Source: the human T2T-CHM13v2.0 reference genome, Homo sapiens. From it: 64,000 nucleotides of DNA. The notes under the pieces were generated by a model. The model was not told the origin of the DNA, made no database searches, and saw only the letters and a program-made list of their open reading frames with translations. Each line of letters starts with the position of its first letter. Position 1 is the stretch's first letter. The stretch covers positions 9,536,001-9,600,000 of the forward strand of contig CP068257.2 in the NCBI GenBank assembly GCA_009914755.4. The letters run 5' to 3'. The position numbers and the translations under genes were made by a program. Positions 54,712 to 64,000 of this stretch are shown here, one piece after another.

Positions 54712-56979
54712 TGATATGGGTTGGTTCTGTGTCTTCACCCAAATCTCATCTTGTAGCTCCCATAATTTCCACGTGTTATGGGAAGGATCCAGTGGGAGAT
54801 GACTGAATCATGAGGGCACGTATGTCCCATGCTGTTCCTGTGATAGTGAATGGATCTCAGGAGATCTGATGGTGTTAAAAATGGGAGTTTCTCCACACAA
54901 TCTCTTTTTTGCCTGCTGCCATCCATGTAAGATGTAGCTTACTCCTTCTTGCCTTCCACCATGATTATGATGCCTCTCCAGCCATGTGGAACTGTAAGTC
55001 CAACAAACCACTTTCTTTCGTAAATTGCCCAGTTGCAGGTATGTTTTTATCAGCAGCATGAAAATGAACTAATACAGTAAATTGTTACCAGTAGAGTGGG
55101 GTGCTGGTGGAAACATATCCAAAAATATGGAAGCGACATTGGAACTGGGTAACAAGCAGAGGTTGGAACAGTTTGGAGGACTCAGAAGAAGACAGGAAAA
55201 TGTGGCCAAGTTTGGAACTTCCTAGAGACTTGCTGAATGGCTTTGAACAAAATGCTGACAGTGATATGGACAATGAAATCCAGGCTGAAGTGGTCTCAGC
55301 TGGTGATAAGGAACTTGTTGGGAACCGGAGTAAAGGTGAATCTTGCTATGTTTTACCAAAGACACTGGTGGCATTTTGCCCAGCCCTATAGATTTGTAGA
55401 ACTTTGAACTTGAGAGAGATGATTTAGGGTATCTGGCAGAAGAAATTTCTAAGCAGGAAAGCACTTAAAATGTGAATTCGGTGCTGTTGAAGGCATTCAG
55501 TTTTATAAGGGAAGCAGAGCATAAAAACTTGGAAAATTTGCAGCCTGACAATGCAATAGAAAAGAAAATCCCATTTTCTGAGGAGAAATCCAAGCCAGCT
55601 ACGGACATTTGCATAACATAACGGGGAAAATGTCTCCAGGACATGTCAAAGGTCTTTACCTCAGCCTCTCCCATCACAGGCACAGAGACCTAGGAGGAAG
55701 AAGTGGTTTTGTGGGCTGGGCCCAGGGTTCCTTTGCTGTGTGCAGCCTAGGGACTTCATCCCCTGCATCACAGCAACTCTAGCTATGGCTGAAAGGGGAC
55801 AACATAGAGCTCAGGCTATGGCTTCAGAGGGTGCAAGCCCCAAGCTTTGGCATCTTCCATTTGGTGTTGATCCTACGAGTGCACAGAAGTCAAAAATTGA
55901 GGTTTGGGAACCTCTGCCTAGATTTCAGAAGATGTATGGAAACGCCTGAATGCCGAGGCAGGAGTTTGCCATATGGGTGGGGTCCTCATGGAGAACCTCT
56001 GCTAGGGCAGTGCAGAAGGAAAATGTGGGGAGGGAGCCCCCACACAGAATCCCTACTGGGGCACCACCTAGTGGAGCTGTGAGAAGAGGGCCACCGTCTT
56101 CCAGACCCCAGAAGTGTAGATCCTCTGACAGCTTGCACCGTGTGCATGGAAAAGCTGCAGACACTTAACACCAGCCCATGAAGACAGCCAGGAGGGAGAC
56201 TGTACCCTGCAGAGCCAGAGGGGTGGAACTGCCCAAGACCATGGGTATCCACCTCTTGCATCAGCGTGACCTAGATGTGAGACATGGAGTCAAAGGAGCT
56301 TTAGATTTGACTGCCCTTCTGGATTTCAGAATTGCATGGGGCTTGTAGCCTCTTTGTTTTGGCCAATTTCTCCCATTTGCAATGGGTGCATTTACCCAAT
56401 CCCCTTACCCCTGTAACCCCATTGTATCTAGGAAGTAACTAACTTGGTTTTGATTTTACAGGGTCATAGGTGGAAGGGACTTGCCTTGTCTCAGATGAAA
56501 CTTTGGACTGTGGACTTTTGAGTTAATGCTAAAAAGAGTTGACATTTTGGGGGACTGTTGGGAAGGCATGACTGGTTTTGAAACATGCAGATATGAGATT
56601 TGGGAGGGGCTGGAGTGAAATGATATGGTTTGGCTCTGTGTCCCCATCCAAATCTCATCTTGTAGCTCCCATAATTTCTATATGTAGTGGGAGGGACCTG
56701 ATGGGAGAAGACTGAATCATGGGGGCAGGTCTTTCCCATGCTGTTCTCATAATAGTGAATGGGTCTCACAAGATCTAGTGGTGTTAAAAACAGGATTTTC
56801 TCTGCACAAGCTCTTTTTTTGCCTGCTGCCACCCACATAAGATGTGTCTTGCTCCTTTTTGCCATGATTGTGAGTCCTCCCCAGCCATGTGGAACTGTAT
56901 GTCCAATAAACCTTTTTCTTTTGTAAGTTGTCCAGTCGTGGGTATGTCTTTATCAGCAGTGTTAAAATGGACTAATACA
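54712..56979 (+). mobile_element. Complete THE1-class ERVL-MaLR element: 5' LTR 54712-55077, internal region 55078-56620, 3' LTR 56621-56979, flanked by a perfect 5-bp TSD ATCAC
   Basis: Both LTRs start tgatatgg(g/t)ttgg..ctgtgtc..cacccaaatctcatcttgtagctcccataatt...gaatcatg.gggca.gt...cccatgctgtt...tgatagtgaatgg.tctca..agatct..tggtgttaaaaa...ttgcctgctgcca.cca..taagatgt...ccagccatgtggaactgta.gtccaa.aaacc...cagt.g.aggtatgt.tttatcagcag...aa.tg.actaataca. atcac immediately precedes 54712 and immediately follows 56979. Total length 2268 bp matches THE1 (~2.3 kb). Confidence 0.88.
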
Positions 56980-58443
56980 ATCACTCTATCAAATGAGATA
57001 ATATTTATTCCTTTACCACTGACAACTCTCTCTCTTGGCTCTTCTATTCAATCATGTTACTGATAGACGCTTTGCTTTTTGTTTTTGTTGTTTAACCTGA
57101 TTGTTATAGGTTATTTTATGAATTTCTGTTCTTCTTTTAATTTTACAACAATTTTACTATTTCTCCTTACATGTTTATAAGTCATATGGAGACTACTTCT
57201 CATCTACCCTTACCCCAGAATATTAAAACTTTTCAGAGTTTCAGGATTAATTCCATTATATGGACATGATTCCTTGAGATAGGAAAAACTGATTGGATTG
57301 TGACATTAGACTTATCAGAATCTAAGATCTTACAAAATATAAAGCTTTACTAGTAATCTCATGAACTCAGTTAATCATTAGGCATGGGCAAATCAGAGAA
57401 TTATTTAGATCTCTTAATCTGATTCTTTAGATCCTTGGTTCTGTCATTAGATACTCCCTTGCCCAGGCAGATAGATGAGACTTCTAGAGAGGTATGCCGA
57501 CAATTTATTTACATGGAGATACCTGTCTCAATTATCAAATATCTTCATTTTTATGCAGATAGTTACATATGTGGTATATGTGACATTTTCCAGGGAGCCC
57601 CATAAATCCACAACCTTCTACTTTGTTAACCATAAGCAATTCTAAACGACCAAGTACATTCTGCTAAAAGCGTTTCTGTGATAGATAATCACTCTCCTGC
57701 TAGCAAAAAAACAAATTGTTTGTCAGGAGCTGTCATTAGTATGTTTATATAAGCAAAATGGGCTTCCTTCCTTCTGTGGATCCTGGCAGGGCATCTCAGT
57801 AATCAGAAAGAATCAAAGACCCTTTCCTTCCCAATCTGCTCTGGCCTTGGTCAACATCTTAGTGCCAAATATTGCTGGTGTATTATCATTATTGGCTTAC
57901 ACCATTTTCTGCAGTGTTTCACTTAAGCCAACTAATACTCTGACCTTGATTTGAACCATCCAACAGAGAGTAGGAATTCCCTCCACAAAGCAATGTTACT
58001 CATTAACATCTTCCTTTACAAGTCTCTTGATGTTCATTCACAGACTCAATTACCTTTTTCCTCCATCAACCTCAATTATTTGCATCATTTTCCACTGGCC
58101 TATGGGAGTATTTAATTGAATACATATTTTTTCTCAAATCAAATTTTCTGAAAAAAATTTGTTTCTATGAACTGTATTTTAGGTATATTCCAGGTTGGTA
58201 CAAACACTAATTTTCAGGGGTCATTATGTCAAAGAGCCCATCCACACCCCATGGCCTACATATGTCAAAGGATTGTTCTTTATTCATCCACTTTCTATGA
58301 ATTCCACACACGGGAGATAAACTTCTTTTTCATCCATATTACCAGGGTTGTCAGGGAGCAACATTAAAGGTCACAGTGTTCGGTGAAACCTTGCCATAAC
58401 TTAGACTAAACACGTTTCTCCCATAATTTTACTTCTTCAAATT

Positions 58444-58478
58444 CTTTCTTTTTCTTTCTTTCTTTCTTTCTTTCTTTT

Positions 58479-58530
<52 letters not shown>

Positions 58531-58532
58531 TT

Positions 58533-58564
<32 letters not shown>

Positions 58565-58580
58565 TCCTTCCTTCCTTCGT

Positions 58581-58623
<43 letters not shown>

Positions 58624-58682
58624 CTTTCTTTCTTTCTCCTTTTCTTTCTCTCTCTCTCTTTCTCTTTCTTTCTTTTTCTTTC
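58444..58682. repeat. Long (TTTC)n/(GAAA)n tetranucleotide microsatellite, ~240 bp, with CCTT and TC variant units
   Basis: ctttctttctttc... for ~55+ units with interruptions (ccttccttccttcgttc, tctctctctctt), abutting the poly-T (the A-tail on the minus strand) of the adjacent Alu. Confidence 0.97.
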
Positions 58683-58976
<294 letters not shown>

Positions 58977-61124
58977 GTTGAGCTTGTTTCTTTATGAATT
59001 CCTGCAACTCAACATTAAAGACATAATATCCCATAGTGATTAATATATCCAATAGTCCTTCCTGACTAAAGGTACAAAGTTAATCCTAGTGTTGTTAATA
59101 AGCATGGAAGTCATTATTTATTCAGTGTCTTCGGTTCAAGCATTGTCTTAAACCAAACTGATTTCCTACTGCAACTGAGTCCTCTAAAAACAGCTTCCTC
59201 TAGTGTCCCTATTTGAAGTAGCAAGTCATTTTTATCTTAATGATGGGCCTCCTAGAACACTACTTCAATTAGATTTAATATCACATGACCAAATCCTGTA
59301 ATTCTTTCAAAATGCCTGGCAAAGGGGCCAGTGCTGCTTAACTTGCCACTCATGTAGTTCATATTATGTGCTAATTAAATGTGTCTAGTTTGAAAGCATT
59401 GTCTACACCTACAAATAATGTGCTTCATGAAATTCTCTGTTAGGTATATCCTAGCACCAGATACCGTTTTATCTGGCTGTGCCATAGGCTTCCCTTAAAT
59501 GTCCTCTACGTACCTCTTGAGGGAGTTATTTATAATTTTAAAGCATTAAAGCAAACATAAAATCACATTCTCTGAGGCTTTCTAGGTTCTAGTTTTATAT
59601 TATTTAAATTAATTCCATTTACATTCACACTGATATGTTCAAAGCAACAGACCAGATCAAGCTGTGACATACCAGACAGGCAGCCACTATCTGCTTTCTA
59701 TCATGACCAGGGAGCTGTCTTAGCAATGTATCATTTTGATTTATGGCCATATAGGGTGCAGAAATTCTATTCTACAGCATCCTCTGCTCTGTACAATTCA
59801 TTGGTAGTTTCTCTGGAAAAAAATAATCTAGAATGGTAAACAAAGCCTAGAAACTGAGTGATAACTGTAGTCAACTACACACAAGCTGAGTTGTCAGGGG
59901 GCACTTTGTCATTTGTTTTATTCAGATTATACAGTTAGAACATCCAAATCAGTAGGAGTCCAATTTTCCTTTTCTGCAGTAAGCAGGCCAAGAGATTTTC
60001 ACCAACAAAGCCCATTTGTTTGGATGACAATAGCAAAAGATAGTTAAGTATGATATCCTCACTCTGAGCTGTTTGCGTGAAAATATTGTAGTGGCTTCCC
60101 TCCACGGTAATGTAATCTACTTATAAACACCTTTCCCATCTTCTATGATTTTACCCTATTTCCAAACGCTTCCTCCCAATATCAGGCTGTATAACTCATC
60201 ATGCATAATGTTTGCCCACACAATCAATAACAAGAACCTTACTAGCACACCCAAACAAATGTTTGGGTTTTATTTGTTTGTTTGTTTAACTTTTATTTTA
60301 AGTTCATGGTTACATGTGCAGATTTGTTACACAGGTAAACTTGTGTCATGAGGTTTGTTGTCAAACAAATGTTATAAGTGATAGACAAAGGACCTCAGAA
60401 GTCTCTCCTCTGTTGATAATGGAGCTACCTTCACCTTTAGCCCTAATTGGTTACATAGGAAGGAACTTTTGATCCACCACAAATTACCTTTCAGAAAAGG
60501 CACAGTCAAATTAAATGACACAAATATCATGTCTTGGGTATTGTATAATCTTCCTCTGGTGCAAGTAAATTTAAAACTGGGTTTGACACCACCATTAGAG
60601 GCCAAATAAAAGTATTAGAGGTGGGAAAGATATAAAGTTATATATTATTGCATTCTCCTTCACTCCCTCATTACTACCTCTTGATATTAGTAAGGCACAG
60701 TGGATTTTGTGATTTATTTCTCATATTAGTCTCAGGACGCAATGGTTTCACTAAAGGAACCCTTAATAATTTTTGAGCAAGGGGCCTTGCTTTTCATTTT
60801 TCACTGGGTTACAGAAGTTATGTAGCTGGTCCTTCCTGTTGACATTGGCTGTGTCATTCAGTACAACAGCATGTGTCTTTCAAATGGATTATAGCAAACA
60901 GCTGCCACAGGCATATTTTGAGTCAAAATCCTGAGGAGTCTAAATTGGTGGTCCCATTTAACTCTTCCTAAAGGGCTCTAGTTTGGATATGCCCCAATAT
61001 CATCTGACCAGTTGGATGGGATCATAAGGGCCTAATGTTATTGCCTGTGCTACCACCTACCACAATACTTTTCATGCTTATTTCTATTCAGTACCTGCAG
61101 TGAGTTAAATGGTGCTCTTCTGAA

Positions 61125-61525
61125 ATTATTATTCATTCAGAATCTCAGAAGGTGACCTTCTTTAGAAATTTGCACATATAATTTGTTAAGATGAGCTCCT
61201 ACTAGATTAAGGAGGGTCCTAATTCCAATGACTGGAGGTGTTTTTATAAGAAGAGAGGACACATGGAGAAGAAATTGAAAACGAAAGCAGAAATTGGAGT
61301 AATAAATCTATAAGTAATAAAGCTCCAAAAATGTGTAGGAGAGAGTAGAACCTAGGCAGGGGCAAGAAAAGATTTTTTTCTGTGGCTTTTCAAGGAAGCT
61401 TGACCCTATTGACTCCTTGGCTTCAGACTTCTAGCCTCCAGAACTGTGAAATAATAAATTTCAGTTGTTTTAAGCTACCCAGTTTGTGGTAATTTGTTCC
61501 AGCAGCCCTAGGAAAGTACTACAAT
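61125..61525 (+). mobile_element. ERVL-MaLR solo LTR, MLT1-like
   Basis: ...agattaaggagggtcctaattccaatgactggaggtgtttttataagaagagaggacacatggagaag...cttcagacttctagcctccagaactgtgaaataataaatttcagttgttttaagctacccagtttgtggtaatttgttccagcagccctaggaaagtactacaatg. Confidence 0.55.
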
Positions 61526-64000
61526 GCTGTATTCACGTTCTGAACTCTTTCCAGTTATTTTGTGAGTATGGGTAGACAAGATTCTTAGAACAGTCTTGAC
61601 AGTCTCTGAGTTTATTGCTTATTGGTGGGTCCTATGAAAGATAAATTACTTCTCACAGTTTAAGGAATGTCCTAAGTTGATCTGCACTAATTTACAGGAT
61701 TTAGTTGCAGTTTAAGGAACATCCTAAGTTGATTTGTACTAATTTCCAGGAATTAATTTGCACCTTGGGCTGTGCCTTAAATTCTAGCTGGATTTATCAC
61801 CCAGCTTCTATTTGTAATATGGGTGACTATGGTCCTTAAATCCTCTCCTAATTTTTGCTCTGAGAAGAAAATTATCATCATACCATGAAAGTAGTAGATG
61901 AACTCTATCTTTTAGGTTATTCTTTACCAGATTATGGAAATGTGATAATGAATTTTTTTTAATCCATGATAAGACAGTAAACATGTACTTGTTTCTATTC
62001 TGCAAAGCTTAAAATTTTCCTACTTGAAATTAAAAAAAAAAAATCTTAGGAGGCCCCTGAGATTGGTTTAATGCTCTGTTGTAGCTATCTCGAAATTCTT
62101 AATAATTTTTGAGTAAGTATCCATGCATTTTCATTTTATACTCAGCTCTATGAATTATGTAGTTAATCTTGATAGCATATCAGAGCCTCTTGTCTACTTT
62201 ATTTTCTGTACATTCTTCATCATATCAGGTAGAGATGAAGCATGCAAATGAACCACCTTGATACTCTACTGTAAATGTCCAGGGGCTACCTACTTATTGA
62301 CCAGTTAGAACTACAAAAGGGAAGTTAATGTGGGGAGGGGAACTTCCTTCTAAACCATTTTCTTAATTACAACAGTAGTCTCTTATTGTGCCCTTGGAAT
62401 TCTGCATTGCTTAATATTTACTACTGTGGAGAGCTTGAGCAATTCCAAAGGATTCCATTTGGCATGGCTAATTAAAATTTGGTGAAGAGTGAGCTCAGTC
62501 TTCATCCTCTGTGGAAACACAAAGACGACAATGTCCCATTCATATTGAATGACAATTGCAATTTTGTATTTATGTGAAGGTAGCACAAGCAGGTAATATT
62601 CTCTCCAACCACACATTTCAACCTGTAACGTCATCTTTACCTTGGTTTCCTCCCTGATGTTCTCTTCATGCACTCCAGATTTCACTTAGAGCATGTATGA
62701 GACTCTTTCCTACCTTCCATAAGGCCTACTGTAAATTCTGCTCTGCATCCTACCAATGATAAGAAACTTTGAATACCACCCCAGGTAACTTTGTTCAAAT
62801 TATTACATATATGGCCTCAGATCCATGACTGGGGCTGGAATGAACAGACCTCAGTTCTTTATTTAATTGTTTTCAGATTCTATGGCTTTAATTAAGGCAG
62901 TAAACTCAGCCCCCTGTTCAAGTATATTCTGTTCTATATCATATCCTCATAATTGGATTTGAACTCTTTCAGCCACAATAAATAAAGCAAATTTTCTATG
63001 ATTCTTTAAGGGATTGGTGGGGGCTACAGTACTCCTCTGATTCAAAAGTTGATAATGTGCTTTTACTTTCTTATTAAAAATTCTATCAAGGCTTACTTTT
63101 TAAATGCTATTTATATTTTCTTCAAAAGTAAATTAATTCATGTGAGCTGCCTTTCTATTTTCTCTTCTGATTTTTAATTTCTCCCTGTTGTGCACATGAT
63201 ATAAATGCTTTTTCTCCATATAATCCCATGTATAGTAACTAAACCTGTATGTTTGTTACTGTTCTCTGAATATATATATTTGGCCCTCAAGGTTATATAA
63301 GTCTTGTAAGACAGAGAATCATTAGCTTATCCCATTCACTCTATCTCTTATTATTTGTATCAATAGCATTAACTAAGGTGTTTTCTCTCTGGAAAATATA
63401 AAGCCTGTCAACCTTTACACTTGTATCATTCCTATCATGTGAAAAGGAGAATCCAATTGGCAATTTGGAGAGGAGTAGTAGCAGTTACCCTTCTCAGTAT
63501 AGGACTGACAAATCTCACCTTAACAACTGCAGCCGATATGCTGTCACAGTATTTGGAAGTGTTTTCTCAAAAGTTTACAGCCATTTAATGATTAGTCATG
63601 ACCATGAATAGTCCTTTGCATCAGATAATAATAGAATTGCAACATGTCCTCCATCATTAATTTGAAGAATCCATGCCAATGTTAATTCACCAGTCTTCTG
63701 TTAGTGAATATTCTGTTCTTTAATAAAATATAGTTTTCACTCATCACCTGTCCTTGGACTCTGGTTACATAAATAGTTTGTCCTATAATCAATATTTTGA
63801 GTCATTTCAAAAGATACAAGAAATTTCTCCAAGAAACCAGGGAGGGATAAGAAGGTTTTCCAGTGAATAAAATGTAATCTCGCAGCTTTTTCTCCCACTA
63901 TCATCTCCTCCTATTAAAAACTAACCTATTAAAAGGTTAGCTTTTACAGGTATGCTAGCAGGAGTCAGTCAATGGGATTTGCACCCAATTTCCCTTTGTC

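Noticed and set aside
54735-56984. ORFs inside the THE1 element (54808-55059, 55101-55391, 56491-56865, 56784-56984)
   Set aside because: These are LTR or degenerate internal sequence of a MaLR retroelement. MaLRs lack pol, and any residual gag-like ORF is a repeat remnant rather than a host gene. They are mentioned only as part of the element.

Overview
This window is primate (almost certainly human) nuclear DNA, not a prokaryotic or compact-genome locus. It is AT-rich (roughly 60-65% A+T by eye). Eight Alu elements or fragments are present, along with several L1 copies and many ERVL-MaLR LTRs (THE1/MST/MLT1-like). I found no convincing protein-coding exon, tRNA, rRNA or CpG-island promoter. 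The six-frame ORFs are all 147 aa or shorter, and nearly all fall inside transposable elements or simple repeats: the KKERK-rich ORFs at 58.4-58.8 kb are translations of a (TTTC)n microsatellite, and the 136-144 aa ORFs at 35.2-36.9 kb sit in the GC-rich 5' UTR of an antisense L1. The most likely context is an intergenic or deep-intronic, gene-poor region. I see no novel biological system here. What does merit a second look is structural: a complete THE1-class LTR retrotransposon with a perfect 5-bp target-site duplication; an essentially full-length (~7.3 kb) antisense L1; two nested-insertion events (an LTR inside a MITE, and a ~915-bp LTR-like element splitting an Alu); a pair of ~385-bp homologous repeats 6.7 kb apart, one interrupted by an Alu, which may be the LTRs of a decayed provirus; and a ~240-bp (TTTC)n tract fused to an Alu tail. 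Family names are assigned from memory of consensus sequences without any database search, so sub-family labels are tentative.
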